A stretch of DNA of 57,255 nucleotides from the IMG/VR virus record IMGVR_UViG_3300046007_011961, positions 1 to 57,255 of that record. One strand, written 5' to 3'. Of the stretch, positions 45,121 through 55,826 are shown piece after piece. Within the stretch, counting starts at the first letter, position 1. Every line of letters begins with the position of its first letter. This DNA is from a virus (lineage: Duplodnaviria; Caudoviricetes). The position numbers and the translations under genes are program-made. The notes below the pieces were generated by a model. It was not told the DNA's origin, did no database searches, and was given only the letters and a program-made list of their open reading frames with translations.

Positions 45121-47803
45121 CGAAATTCCAGGCAGTTTCTTTTTCGAACACTTTTTGTTTACCCTTCCAGCGATCCATGATTGCTAGTTCGCAACCTACA
45201 TTATCACCGGTAGCCAGCTTGGTCTTATGACAGAAAATATATTTCAATACTTCCTGTATATAATCATCCTTACACAGATCTTTGTGTACAGCCCAATAAC
45301 CTGCATCGTGCACAGTATTTATTGGATATATGTACTTCATCCAAAGACCTTCCTTTTTGAGTAGGTTCTTTAGATTGACCGATGCTTCCCACATAAACCA
45401 TGCAAGCTCACTAGCAACAGGGAAGGCAAGACTCTCATTCATCCACCCGGCAAGAATACCGAAGTTGTCAGTGGTTTCATAATTCAGCACGAGCCCTCTG
45501 GCGTTTGTGATTCGCTGATGGTTCTTTACTTCATCAGTACACCTGTCTCGATAAGCCATATATCGCTCATATCTTTTCCAGGTATCCAGAGCATACTCTA
45601 GTGTTTCTTTACCCACATGCAGACCATTCTCAGCATAAATATCTGCTTGGATAGGTAGCGCAGCAAATTTTAAACCTGCTGTGTAACTTACTCGAAAAGT
45701 AATACTTTTTGCGATAACATATTTACTAACATCTTTCTTTGTTAGTGTATGGTCGTTAAAGTATTCTCTCATCTTGGTCTGATGGAAGTTACCTGCCCTG
45801 ATATCGTGTATGAAGTCTTGATCCTGGCTCAGAAAAGCCATGATTGCCAAGTCTGCTCCAGCAACGTCAAGCTCACACCAGTGATAGTCTGGATTTCCTG
45901 TATAGAATATATTACGGATATTCTTTGGCAGGAGATGAGCAACTTTCTTTTGTTCTTCGCTATTATAATTATTATAGCCAGGTACAAAGATCTCAGGTAT
46001 GTATGCCAACACCTTAGATGCAGGGTTTTGTACGTTAGGACTGCTACTGGCCCTGAAGTTCTTAAGACATTCAAAGAAGCTGGCATGAACTTTACCATCA
46101 TTACAGATAGCTGCCCAGTAGCTCTGTTTTAATGGCTCATCTATATCTTCATCAAACTCCGCCTCTGTATCTGCTACCACACCTTTTTTACTAAGGAATT
46201 TTGTAGCAAATACTCCAAGACGGCTGACACTTAGCAACAGTTCAATAGCTTTACATACTGCCTGTACAGGCTCATAATCAGGCTCTTTAGCTAGTATTTC
46301 CTCCAGCTGGAACTTTATAGTAGCTAGACTTTTACTATTCGTGCTAGGTGCGTACAGCTGTTGAGTCTGCGGTTTTTGATTGTCGTACCAGGCTTTACTT
46401 TTAGGGCTTTTTCCAGACTTGGTATAGTAGGCAGGCTCAACTTTGAGTACTTCAAACAAAAGATGCTTCTTCTGTAGTGAGCTATTAGGATTGAAGTCGT
46501 CTACGTTAAACCGATTTTTCAAGAAGTCTGCCAGTTCTTTTCTCAACTCCTCGTATTTGGCGCTATACTTTTCAGTAATATCGTTCAACACATCCTTATC
46601 AACATCGATACCAGTAAGCTCCATATCTGTGAAATAATGGGTTAATGGTAGGTATATGTCGTAATAGGCAGACTTGAGATGCTCAGGGAACTGCTGCATC
46701 ATTCTTAAGCAGGCTTCACGATGACTCACAGCATCACCTGCACAATAGTAATAGTAGGTTTCAGGCTCTAAGAATTTCATCCTAGCTAGCTCGCTTTTGG
46801 CAAGCTTATGCTCTTTCATCTTTCTATTGAGCGCGGTGTAGTACGGAGGATAGTCCGTAAACATCTTGATGCCTGTCTCTAATCCTTTACTTAAGCGGCT
46901 GTCAAAGAATGCAACCGCCTTCATGCCGTCAAATGCCAGCGTCTCATCAGGCAGATTAAACCCTCTATGACGAAGTCTTAGATCGTCAGCACGAATATTC
47001 CAACCAAGCCTTTTTGCGTTAGGATGCTCCAGAAGAAGCTTCATGGTATCTAGAAGCTCTCTGTTTTCAGTAATACCATCTTTACTGATGTTCAGTATTA
47101 TCGCCAAATCTTTTTGGCAGCAATACTGAAACTCATACATAACCTCATCATCAGTAAATTTATTTCCGAACCACTCAGCGTCATACCCTACCGTCAGCAT
47201 ACCTTTATCTATATACTGTTGAAGTATTCTGGTATTCTCGGCAGGGTCGTCTATGAGTATATAGTTGAACTCTTCGTATTTGAGGTTATTACTCAATACA
47301 CGTTTTGCCAGTAGAAATATTTCACGGAATTCTGGTCGCTTGGTAGGGTCCATTGCAACCAACATACCTGGAGCATAGTTGGCTAGAACTTTGCCGTAGG
47401 GTGTGTCCGTGATTTCGCCTATATAATCTCCCATCTTTATGTTTGAGCGCATAATACGCTTAAACACCTCTGCACCTAACGGAATAATGAGCTTGGGTTT
47501 GATTGCTTCGATTTCTTTATCGAGAGATTCGCGCCATTCTTCAATATCTTCAGCAGAAGGTTTTGACTTACTTCCGATACCATGTTTCACCATACCGGTG
47601 AAATGTACATTGGTTAGTGGTATGCCTGCCGCACTCAAGGCATTGTGTACCTCTTCAGCAGCAAACCCTTTTTTACCGAAAGCCCTAGCTTCCAAGTCGT
47701 CCTTGTTAGGATGACTGTAGACGATAAGTAATTCTGGTGTGTTCCCCTCTGGAACAGACGTATCTATTTTTACTTTAATTGCCATATTAGAGTTCCATAC
47801 CAT
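45092..47803 (-). CDS. polA: family A DNA polymerase with UDG-like N-domain and 3'-5' exonuclease
   Basis: Exo YDAEW, WN...D, Y...D; pol RASSSPNVQN, ELDVAGAD, AKSITF...Y, VHD. Confidence 0.88.
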   Translation of the reverse strand: MVWNSNMAIKVKIDTSVPEGNTPELLIVYSHPNKDDLEARAFGKKGFAAEEVHNALSAAGIPLTNVHFTGMVKHGIGSKSKPSAEDIEEWRESLDKEIEAIKPKLIIPLGAEVFKRIMRSNIKMGDYIGEITDTPYGKVLANYAPGMLVAMDPTKRPEFREIFLLAKRVLSNNLKYEEFNYILIDDPAENTRILQQYIDKGMLTVGYDAEWFGNKFTDDEVMYEFQYCCQKDLAIILNISKDGITENRELLDTMKLLLEHPNAKRLGWNIRADDLRLRHRGFNLPDETLAFDGMKAVAFFDSRLSKGLETGIKMFTDYPPYYTALNRKMKEHKLAKSELARMKFLEPETYYYYCAGDAVSHREACLRMMQQFPEHLKSAYYDIYLPLTHYFTDMELTGIDVDKDVLNDITEKYSAKYEELRKELADFLKNRFNVDDFNPNSSLQKKHLLFEVLKVEPAYYTKSGKSPKSKAWYDNQKPQTQQLYAPSTNSKSLATIKFQLEEILAKEPDYEPVQAVCKAIELLLSVSRLGVFATKFLSKKGVVADTEAEFDEDIDEPLKQSYWAAICNDGKVHASFFECLKNFRASSSPNVQNPASKVLAYIPEIFVPGYNNYNSEEQKKVAHLLPKNIRNIFYTGNPDYHWCELDVAGADLAIMAFLSQDQDFIHDIRAGNFHQTKMREYFNDHTLTKKDVSKYVIAKSITFRVSYTAGLKFAALPIQADIYAENGLHVGKETLEYALDTWKRYERYMAYRDRCTDEVKNHQRITNARGLVLNYETTDNFGILAGWMNESLAFPVASELAWFMWEASVNLKNLLKKEGLWMKYIYPINTVHDAGYWAVHKDLCKDDYIQEVLKYIFCHKTKLATGDNVGCELAIMDRWKGKQKVFEKETAWNFDENTWEWKA

Positions 47804-48254
47804 CTAAGGATATACAGTTAGACACTGTATCTATGATATTGTTTCCGAATGTTAGTATGCCATCTTTTGTGAAACATAGTGTTTCCTCAGCAAATTCAAC
47901 CAGTATACCGCAATCATCTATTGCAGCATCAGGCATATAATCGTAAGGAACTAGCCCGAGCAAACCCGAGTCTGTGCAGTATGCTTGCCCTCGTTGGTCT
48001 TTGTAGGTACCAGGACCACAAGCTGTAGAGAATGATAACACTGCCAAGTCTTCCCGAATTTTTTCATAGTGTCCGTTTAGGGTATACTTGGTTGTGTCCT
48101 CTAAATGGTTGCCTCCTGCGATAGCTGTATCTGCAACATTACAAATAGTTAAATACTGTAACCAATCTCCGAAATTTTTACCTAGCAAATATTCAGGATC
48201 AGTAAGCCAATATTTTCCTATTGGTACTATAAATGAACGGTATACGTTTTGCAT
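47787..48254 (-). CDS. phage hypothetical protein
   Basis: G.Y...DP.Y, T..G.G.Y.D, DSG.LG.VP pattern. Confidence 0.65.
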   Translation of the reverse strand: MQNVYRSFIVPIGKYWLTDPEYLLGKNFGDWLQYLTICNVADTAIAGGNHLEDTTKYTLNGHYEKIREDLAVLSFSTACGPGTYKDQRGQAYCTDSGLLGLVPYDYMPDAAIDDCGILVEFAEETLCFTKDGILTFGNNIIDTVSNCISLDGMEL

Positions 48255-48256
48255 AA

Positions 48257-49669
48257 TTATACTGATGAATGAAACCCTGTCCCTGCTGCAGGGAGAAGAT
48301 CCGCTTTGGGAGCGATGTTTGTAAAATTGCTTTTACTCATTTTTTTCTTCTTGTCCTTATCTTCTTCTTTAGTCCTTGCTTCTGCCCCCTGTTCTTTGTA
48401 CTCGAAATTCATAAATTCCAGCTCGGCCAGATAGTCAAACCGGAAATTTTTAGCATGTCGAGATTTGATAGAGAAGATACTTACAATACTGTCTTGAGGA
48501 GTGTCACGTCCTATAGCCAGTACCATATCTGCAGGTCTCAGAATACCCTTGAAGCCACTGATCTCATCATTACTGAAACTTCTCTTCATCTTTCCTCCTG
48601 CCTGATGAAGAAGCCATACGCTGAACATATGTTCACCGCCAATCAAATGATTGCTGAGATCGTCAACTTCAAACGCTACTTTGCTGTACCTTTGCCAATC
48701 CGCATCAAATTTATCTGATGTAGTGAGATAATCCATCTGATCAATATATACCAAGTCAGGATGCCATCCATCCTGTTCATAGAGCTTGTCTAGGTAGTTT
48801 GCGATATATTGCGCAGTGACAGGAGCAGCATCACGCAAATCATGAATCTTTAGATGACTAAGGGCCAGCTTGTCGTCACAGTTCATGTTCGCGTGAGCTG
48901 CTCTTAGATCTTGTTGAGCAAACGGATTTCCTCTGTGTAGATCTGTGTAAGGTATTCTGTACAAATTACTGTACACACGGTTACAGATATTCACAGCAGG
49001 CTCCTCGATACTCAGATAAAGAACCTTTCTTCTTTGTCTGGCGTTATGAATTGCGCTGTACGTACCCATGGCTGTTTTACCGCTGCCTGAGTGTCCAAGT
49101 ATGATTCCATACTCCTGATAGCCTAATCCCTGAGCCACACCATCTACAGCACCAAAACCAGTACCCATGGTTTCTTTACTCTCTACAAATACCAGCTCTT
49201 CTACAGGACAATATGCTTTAATATTTTCTGTAGAGTTATTCAAATCTATATCATTTACCAGCTTTGAGGCTGCACTCACCAAAGCTCTAGGATCATTAGC
49301 TTTCTCTACCCTGAGAGCTTGAAATCTTCTGTATGCTATAAAATCTGAAAAGTTTTTCAGTATATAGTCAGCCCCTAGAGGAGTTGAGTCATCGTATATA
49401 AATTCAAAGAAAGCTAGCACCTGGTCCATACTAGATGCGCCGACTCCTCGGTTTTGTAATTCAGGTTTCACCTCTAATAAACATATTTGAGGATTGATAG
49501 GTCCTGAGCCTATCTTAAGTGCTGCAGCTACGAAAGCATTGTATATGTTGAGCGTTCCAAAATCTTCTGGAGTCACTTTCAAGTCTAACGCTTTAATCAA
49601 TACGCTTCTGTCTCTGTACAGACACTTTATAGTCAGTTCTATGTAATCAGCTTCGTTATATTTTTCCAT
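48257..49669 (-). CDS. DnaB-like replicative helicase
   Basis: GHSGSGKT, YLSIEE, IDQMD, LHQ, ADMV, KSR. Confidence 0.85.
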   Translation of the reverse strand: MEKYNEADYIELTIKCLYRDRSVLIKALDLKVTPEDFGTLNIYNAFVAAALKIGSGPINPQICLLEVKPELQNRGVGASSMDQVLAFFEFIYDDSTPLGADYILKNFSDFIAYRRFQALRVEKANDPRALVSAASKLVNDIDLNNSTENIKAYCPVEELVFVESKETMGTGFGAVDGVAQGLGYQEYGIILGHSGSGKTAMGTYSAIHNARQRRKVLYLSIEEPAVNICNRVYSNLYRIPYTDLHRGNPFAQQDLRAAHANMNCDDKLALSHLKIHDLRDAAPVTAQYIANYLDKLYEQDGWHPDLVYIDQMDYLTTSDKFDADWQRYSKVAFEVDDLSNHLIGGEHMFSVWLLHQAGGKMKRSFSNDEISGFKGILRPADMVLAIGRDTPQDSIVSIFSIKSRHAKNFRFDYLAELEFMNFEYKEQGAEARTKEEDKDKKKKMSKSNFTNIAPKADLLPAAGTGFHSSV

Positions 49670-49673
49670 ATTA

Positions 49674-50240
49674 TTACCCTAGTATTCTGTCGATATCTAG
49701 CCCACTACTCTTAGCGTATTCTATTATACTGGTAGTAAGTTCTTTCCTGGCGATATGCTTGTACTTATCAATCACAGGTTCGCATCTATCAGGAGTAGCC
49801 AGAATTCTGAACCATGCAAAAAATTTCAAACTAGAGTTCATCAAAACACTAGCCGAGGTTTCTCCATGGTTTATATACACCATAGCTAGAGCATTCTGCT
49901 GCTTCCATATATCTGCAGGAGTTAGCGATGAATTTGTTATCTCTACCTTGTAACCAGAATCATCGTTTTTTCTTGCTTCTAGAATATACTTAACTCTAGT
50001 TCCTTGAAGGTGCATGGGTGCAAAGAACCCCTTCTGGTCGCCCATCTTAGAATATATTAATTCTATGTATGATGCGGCATCTAGTTCATGCTGCTTGCAT
50101 AACTGTGCAGCTTCTCTGAAATAATCTTCATCTTTTTTAGAACACCTGTGTGTGTAGTTTTGTATACTTAATCGTTTTTTCTCATTAAAATAATGAATGA
50201 GGTCTTCTATCAGTCTAGGGTCAGTTTCTTTGATGTCCAT
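49674..50240 (-). CDS. hypothetical protein between primase and helicase
   Basis: ATG 50240. Confidence 0.6.
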   Translation of the reverse strand: MDIKETDPRLIEDLIHYFNEKKRLSIQNYTHRCSKKDEDYFREAAQLCKQHELDAASYIELIYSKMGDQKGFFAPMHLQGTRVKYILEARKNDDSGYKVEITNSSLTPADIWKQQNALAMVYINHGETSASVLMNSSLKFFAWFRILATPDRCEPVIDKYKHIARKELTTSIIEYAKSSGLDIDRILG

Positions 50241-51138
50241 GTTCGTGTAATATGATAGCCTGTAACTGCTCGGTCGTAGTATCATCAGGAGACTCAAATC
50301 CATATTTCCTCAGATCAATGTTAATGCATCGTCTTCCGTTGGCTTTGAATTCTTGCTGAATTTCTCTAGCAAGCTCCTGAGTACTATCCTCGCCGTCAAG
50401 TATCAATGTTATTGTTTTCCATTCTTGTATGAGTTGTTTTTGTTTTGACGCTATTCCTTTACCTAGAGTCGCCACAGCGTTAGCCAGCTTTAGAGCTTTC
50501 TTCACACCTTCCACAACCACCACATCTGCGTATTTCTTAGCAAAATGGTAATTGAATAGATGATCGCCTTTCGGAAACAGGTGCATATAGCGCATAAACT
50601 GAAAACGATCTCCGTTCCATGTGCCTGGGATAAATCTCAGCTGCCAACCAGCATAACTTTGATCTTTATCGAACACTGGAAAGAATAGACTGTCTGCTGT
50701 GTTGACTGTGTAGCCGCTATCGAAGGTGATGTTTATGCCTCCTGTAGCTGTGATGTATCTGATACCCAGACTATCATAGTAAGCAACATTACTAAGGTGA
50801 TCCTTAAACATGAACTGCATTACAGGATGGTTAGCAGGAACATCACTAAGCTTCACAGCCTCGCTATATGGTAATATCTTAGCGTACTTATATTCTACTT
50901 CTTCATCGGCAACATATTCACGATTAAACGTAATACCTTCTCCGAGTAAGTCAGCTATAGGCATACTTTCTTCACATATGAAGCACCTGCTCGTACTGCG
51001 CCCAGGTGTCACATACCGTTTCATTTTCTTACTATTTTTGGGATCACAGGTCGGGCAGGGAATTCTATAACTACCTCCCGACACTGCTTTTATTTTCCCA
51101 AACTTAGTCTTTAGCAGGTCTCGAACCTTTTGATTCAT
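50221..51138 (-). CDS. DNA primase (Zn finger plus TOPRIM)
   Basis: CPTC..CFIC, LFFPV, LFN, VVEG, LDGED. Confidence 0.82.
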   Translation of the reverse strand: MNQKVRDLLKTKFGKIKAVSGGSYRIPCPTCDPKNSKKMKRYVTPGRSTSRCFICEESMPIADLLGEGITFNREYVADEEVEYKYAKILPYSEAVKLSDVPANHPVMQFMFKDHLSNVAYYDSLGIRYITATGGINITFDSGYTVNTADSLFFPVFDKDQSYAGWQLRFIPGTWNGDRFQFMRYMHLFPKGDHLFNYHFAKKYADVVVVEGVKKALKLANAVATLGKGIASKQKQLIQEWKTITLILDGEDSTQELAREIQQEFKANGRRCINIDLRKYGFESPDDTTTEQLQAIILHEHGHQRN

Positions 51139-51352
51139 TTTTAGCTAAGGCTTCCAAGCCCTCCAAGAATTTACTATCTGTGAAATAGAAAACGTCCTGT
51201 ATTTCTGGTTCAGGATTTTTCCTATAATCAGGATGGATGTGCCACGCATTGCTTACAATTTGAGCCAGGCGTAATTCTGGACGTTTGTACCAGTATTCAC
51301 CTAGCGTGTCAAGTAACTGGGCTATGTATACCTGGCGTTCTTCATTTTTCAT
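51104..51352 (-). CDS. hypothetical protein
   Basis: W...P.LRL.Q..F...D pattern. Confidence 0.6.
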   Translation of the reverse strand: MKNEERQVYIAQLLDTLGEYWYKRPELRLAQIVSNAWHIHPDYRKNPEPEIQDVFYFTDSKFLEGLEALAKNESKGSRPAKD

Positions 51353-52802
51353 AGTTTTGCCAATTTATTTGTTGAGGGCTATCCACAATCTTAACTGTCC
51401 ATCCCTGTTCTTCGTAGTACTTTATACGCTTCTTGGCCATACCTTCCAATACAGCATCGTGGTTATCCATGAAGTCTACAAGTACAAAATGCGTTTTAGG
51501 TGTCAAATCAAACTTAGCTCTCTGCTCATCTGTAAGTATACGGCTACCTCTATAGGCTTCCTGCAATACTTCGACTTTAGAAGAGCCTCCAGATGCCTGC
51601 ACAACTACACGACAGTTAGGTATATCCACGCCTGCTCTAAACGCATCACTAGCTACAAGAATCTGGAATTCGTTGTTACTGAACTCTTCGATAACTTTAT
51701 TCTGCTGCTTAGGTGAAAGAGCAAATGTTCCAACATTCTTCTTGCTGCTCTCCCTATGCAAATACTGTGTACCTGCAGGTAAGTATTTAGCCATAGGAAT
51801 GAGATGGTCTTTCACATGATCGATAAATACGATTGTTTGCCACTCTTTAGGTATAAGTGAGCATACTCTACCTATAAGCTCGTTGCGCTTATCGCATTTC
51901 TTGATACCGTGTTTAAACTTACTTTCGATACTTGTATAGTTATCAATAATAAGGTTGTCAGGCATCCTTATCATATAAACCATTCCAGGTACAACAGCTC
52001 CAGCTTGTTCTGCATCCTCGTACGGGAAGTATATGAGATCTTCTCCAAACAGACCTTTTAATAGTTTATCTGAATTATTAAACAGTCCTTCTGTAGTCGC
52101 ACTATAACCGAACATCCTGTAAGGCTTCATTTGCTTCAAACAGTTTTGAAAAGAATCTTGGCTCGCAGACTGCATCTCATCTACAAGCAGCATTTGACAT
52201 TTCTCTAGTGAACAGTTCTGTAGCGATTTGAAGGTGGTGATTGTGATGTCATTACTAACATCATGCTTACCATCTCCCACGATACCGATATGTTTATCAG
52301 GGAAAAACGTCTTAAACTTTTCGTACGTCTGCAGAACAACCTGCTTTAGAGGAATGGTGAGGATTGTGTTTAGATTATTCCAGGCAGCATACGTCACTGC
52401 CTGGATATGTGTCTTACCAAACCCTCCAGCAGCATTCACTACGCCGCTATCTTCCATACCTTTAAATATCATGTCCATGGCAGCCTCCACCTGATAGTCG
52501 CGCAGTTTGATCTTTTTAACTGCAGCCCAATCAGGAGGAGGCATAGGTGTGCGGAAGTCCTGAACTTCCACAACATCCATGTTTTTAGATATCAGCTTTA
52601 ATATGTCTGAATAAAACCCAGCTAGTGTGTATATAGCACCATCCGAGTCAGCGGCATACAGTAGTTTTTCTACAAACACACATTCACGCTTGTACTGTAC
52701 ACTTTTCATTTCTCTATGGTGATACCTGAGAAACTTATGCAAGTACATCGGACATGGTGTGATCTTAAGTCCGCCGTCAAACCTAGTTAGCTGTATTTTC
52801 AT
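51342..52802 (-). CDS. superfamily 2 helicase (UvsW-like)
   Basis: LRDYQ, GFGKT, DEMQ, SAT, GVDIP. Confidence 0.88.
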   Translation of the reverse strand: MKIQLTRFDGGLKITPCPMYLHKFLRYHHREMKSVQYKRECVFVEKLLYAADSDGAIYTLAGFYSDILKLISKNMDVVEVQDFRTPMPPPDWAAVKKIKLRDYQVEAAMDMIFKGMEDSGVVNAAGGFGKTHIQAVTYAAWNNLNTILTIPLKQVVLQTYEKFKTFFPDKHIGIVGDGKHDVSNDITITTFKSLQNCSLEKCQMLLVDEMQSASQDSFQNCLKQMKPYRMFGYSATTEGLFNNSDKLLKGLFGEDLIYFPYEDAEQAGAVVPGMVYMIRMPDNLIIDNYTSIESKFKHGIKKCDKRNELIGRVCSLIPKEWQTIVFIDHVKDHLIPMAKYLPAGTQYLHRESSKKNVGTFALSPKQQNKVIEEFSNNEFQILVASDAFRAGVDIPNCRVVVQASGGSSKVEVLQEAYRGSRILTDEQRAKFDLTPKTHFVLVDFMDNHDAVLEGMAKKRIKYYEEQGWTVKIVDSPQQINWQNYEK

Positions 52803-52962
52803 TTTTTAGCTCTAAATACTCTCTTGCGTGTTTGAGTCTTACGCTTAGGTCTACTCTTCTCTATCTGTTTATCTACAGCCTCAACCAAGGTCTGCTTGGC
52901 AAAATCCTTCACATAGCTTGCCACGCCTGTGATGAACTTGTCAATTATCGTGTCTTTATTTG

Positions 52963-55014
52963 TCATAGATTGATTGTATTGTCTACGTACTCAGTTAGCT
53001 CATTGTGATGGTCGATCACAATCACTTGTTTGAACTTGCTGCTTTTACCTAGCGTCTTGATGATTTCGAAGTACTTCTTCGCGTTCTCATTATTTAGCCC
53101 GTAGCTGCCCTCGTCAATAATCATGAATGGGAATGCTCCTACGAACATGTTGTGTAGTGCCAAACGCAAGCTGAAACCGACCATAACCTGCTGACCGCCT
53201 GATATAGCAGGCAATTGCAACCCTTCTTCATTGAAGATATCAATGCCGAAAGTTTCATTTACCTTAGCTGTATATGGGAAGTCGAAACTTAGCAACACAT
53301 CATTCATGTACTCTGTAACTGTGCTGCTATATGTTTGGATCAGTGCTCTTGGAAACCGACCTGTATGAAATAAATCATACACGCTTTTCAGTACATGCAC
53401 ATACTCTCTACGCTTATTATTCTTCTCAGTATAAGTATTACTGTCAGCAAGATCTTGCTTCAATGTTTTTATTTCTCGCTCATTAGCAGCTATCTCTATT
53501 TCAAGATTTTTCGCAGCTTCCATAGCCTTATGCAGGTCGTTTATTTTTGCTTGAACAACGACCTGCTCAGAGGCGAATTCTGCGATATCCTTGTCGTATG
53601 ATACTAGGGAAGCTAGGGCCAACTGTTTAGCATTAACTGCTTTTGTGGCAGTATCTAGCGCATCATTATATCCTTCTAGCTTGGCTTCCCAGTTAGTGTA
53701 CTTAAGCACCACACTCTCACACAGATCGTATGCTTCTTGATCGAAGTTAACGTCTTTGTAAGCACTGAGGGAATTTTCTATAGCTTCCAGCTCTTTGTTG
53801 TAGGTTTCCCATAGTTGAGCTAATTCAAGACTTTTAGTGAGAAATCCATTAACTTGAGCTAGTGCAGATTTTTCTTCTTTACCCTTCTCTATAATGGCTG
53901 CTCGCTCTGCGTCAAGATGCTCGATAAGCTTTACAACATCATCTACATGTGTACCGCAAGTAGGGCATACTCCTGTACCTAGTCCTGACTGTTGGTAGTT
54001 ACTAATCTTGCTATTAAGCTCAGCCACAGCCTGCCTTTTGACTTTAAGGCTTGCTTCATAGTCTGCCACAGACTGTTGCAGATTCTTTATATCTGTATCG
54101 CTCAATTCAGGCTCTCTCAAAGGTTTTTGAAGAGCCCGCTTTTTGTCCAGCAACTTCTGTTTAGCTTCATGAAACGAGAATGCTGCTCGTTGAGCTGCCA
54201 GGCAGTCTCTATAGTCCTGTATATTGATGAGCTGCATCTTACCCTTTAACGTCTCAATATCTGTATTGATTTTCGTTAAATTACCGGAAGCATCCTGCAT
54301 TTCGGCTGTAAGCTTTACATGCGAATCAAACGATTGTTCTACCGATTTAAGAAAGGCTTGCCTGGTGATTAAAGAAGCGAACTCTGTATCGTATGATGCT
54401 GGAAGCGCTGCTAGTTCAGATTGACTCATCTCTACCAGCTTCTCCAAACATTGAATATCGTTGGTCAACTGCGCAATGTCTTTCACAGGGTACTCTGGAG
54501 GAGCATCCTTGATATAACTATTCCATATGATATCTCGTACCTTGGTTGTGTTAGGTACCATGAATATTTTCTGGAACAATTTTTCTTTGGTAGCATTGTC
54601 TCCGTTGAACAGTAGAGCTATTTCTCCCTGATTGCTAACAATTACGTTCTGTACAATATTCTTGTCGATCTGGAATAGTTGCTCCCAGATCTCATTTACT
54701 TCACTACTCTTCTTGTATGTTTTTCCATCATACATGAAGTTTACCTTGGCTGTATCAATATGCCGCTCAAGGATAGCTTCTTTGTCGTTAATTATAAGAT
54801 GACCTATAACATGACCGCTTACCTGTCCCACTGTAAGCATATCTGATTTGGTCTTACCATAACCTTCTCCTGTTAAGAGAAAGATAATAGCCTCTACAAT
54901 ACTACTTTTACCAGAACCGTTACCTCCAATGATTCCTGTGACTCCTGCAGAAAAATCAAAAGATGCACTTCTATGTGTTCTAAAATTTTTAAGCGTTAGT
55001 TTTGTGATTTCCAT
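52963..55014 (-). CDS. SbcC/Rad50 (gp46-like) ATPase
   Basis: GGNGSGKSS, Q loop, coiled coil with CPTCG hook, ISGGQ, IIDEG, DH. Confidence 0.92.
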   Translation of the reverse strand: MEITKLTLKNFRTHRSASFDFSAGVTGIIGGNGSGKSSIVEAIIFLLTGEGYGKTKSDMLTVGQVSGHVIGHLIINDKEAILERHIDTAKVNFMYDGKTYKKSSEVNEIWEQLFQIDKNIVQNVIVSNQGEIALLFNGDNATKEKLFQKIFMVPNTTKVRDIIWNSYIKDAPPEYPVKDIAQLTNDIQCLEKLVEMSQSELAALPASYDTEFASLITRQAFLKSVEQSFDSHVKLTAEMQDASGNLTKINTDIETLKGKMQLINIQDYRDCLAAQRAAFSFHEAKQKLLDKKRALQKPLREPELSDTDIKNLQQSVADYEASLKVKRQAVAELNSKISNYQQSGLGTGVCPTCGTHVDDVVKLIEHLDAERAAIIEKGKEEKSALAQVNGFLTKSLELAQLWETYNKELEAIENSLSAYKDVNFDQEAYDLCESVVLKYTNWEAKLEGYNDALDTATKAVNAKQLALASLVSYDKDIAEFASEQVVVQAKINDLHKAMEAAKNLEIEIAANEREIKTLKQDLADSNTYTEKNNKRREYVHVLKSVYDLFHTGRFPRALIQTYSSTVTEYMNDVLLSFDFPYTAKVNETFGIDIFNEEGLQLPAISGGQQVMVGFSLRLALHNMFVGAFPFMIIDEGSYGLNNENAKKYFEIIKTLGKSSKFKQVIVIDHHNELTEYVDNTINL

Positions 55015-55297
55015 TTAAGTATTCTTTTATAGTTTTGTTTACGAGCGCCTCAGGCATATTAGCGTATTTGAAGTTTGCATACGGTATGCAGCCTCCCTCC
55101 CAACCTGCAGGTAGTGCACCAAGGTCGTTAATTTCTTCAGCAACCACATGAGACAGCCCCTCGCTACGCAGACTATCTTCATGGATGATCATGATATTCT
55201 CTACAGAATTCTCCACTTCTGTGATTTTAAGATCTGCATGGGCAGCTACTACAAACTCTTTTTCAACAGTAACTTTATATAGTTTATAATCGGTCAT
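54989..55297 (-). CDS. hypothetical protein
   Basis: LP.GW..C.PY motif. Confidence 0.55.
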   Translation of the reverse strand: MTDYKLYKVTVEKEFVVAAHADLKITEVENSVENIMIIHEDSLRSEGLSHVVAEEINDLGALPAGWEGGCIPYANFKYANMPEALVNKTIKEYLNGNHKTNA

Positions 55298-55554
55298 AAG
55301 TCTTCCTCAGTCTCTATCTGAGTAACCTTTACAATTTTGTACTCTATCACTAAATCAAATTTTAAAAGTTCCTCTTTGCCACAATTTGCTAATCTTGCCT
55401 CAGCTCTACGCAAAGCTCGCTGTCTACTTTCTTCTGAATCTGTAAAATAATATTTAGTGTTTGGATAAATAGGTCTCCAAAGAGTATCTTCACGCGGATT
55501 GACTGTTTTTTGCCAGCGGCACCTTATTTGATAGCTCATGGTTGTCTTATTCAT
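55294..55554 (-). CDS. hypothetical protein, apparent paralog of the next gene
   Basis: W.P..PN..Y, ARL, YKIVK. Confidence 0.6.
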   Translation of the reverse strand: MNKTTMSYQIRCRWQKTVNPREDTLWRPIYPNTKYYFTDSEESRQRALRRAEARLANCGKEELLKFDLVIEYKIVKVTQIETEEDL

Positions 55555-55826
55555 GATAGCTCTTCAACAATTCTAATTTCTCTGATTTTTACAATTCTGT
55601 ACTGCATTTTTCCACGCTCTGCTTGAGGTGTTTTGGCTGTAGTTTTCTCTATTCTTGCCTGCATCTTTTCAAGTACAGGAGCAATATTACCTTCCTCGTA
55701 GTTATAGCGCAGATTAGGTCTAAGAGGATGCCAATATCCCCAATCAGGCTGAGTGCTCCACTCTCGCCAATACCTTGTCTGTATTTCAAGTCTAGTATTA
55801 TCTGTTGTTGTTTTCATATCTATCAC
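55551..55826 (-). CDS. hypothetical protein, apparent paralog of the previous gene
   Basis: W.P..PN..Y, ARI, YRIVK. Confidence 0.6.
   Translation of the reverse strand: MIDMKTTTDNTRLEIQTRYWREWSTQPDWGYWHPLRPNLRYNYEEGNIAPVLEKMQARIEKTTAKTPQAERGKMQYRIVKIREIRIVEELS

Noticed and set aside
45092-47803. Intron or intein in polA
   Set aside because: The frame is continuous, the length is explained by three domains, and no intein splice motifs are apparent
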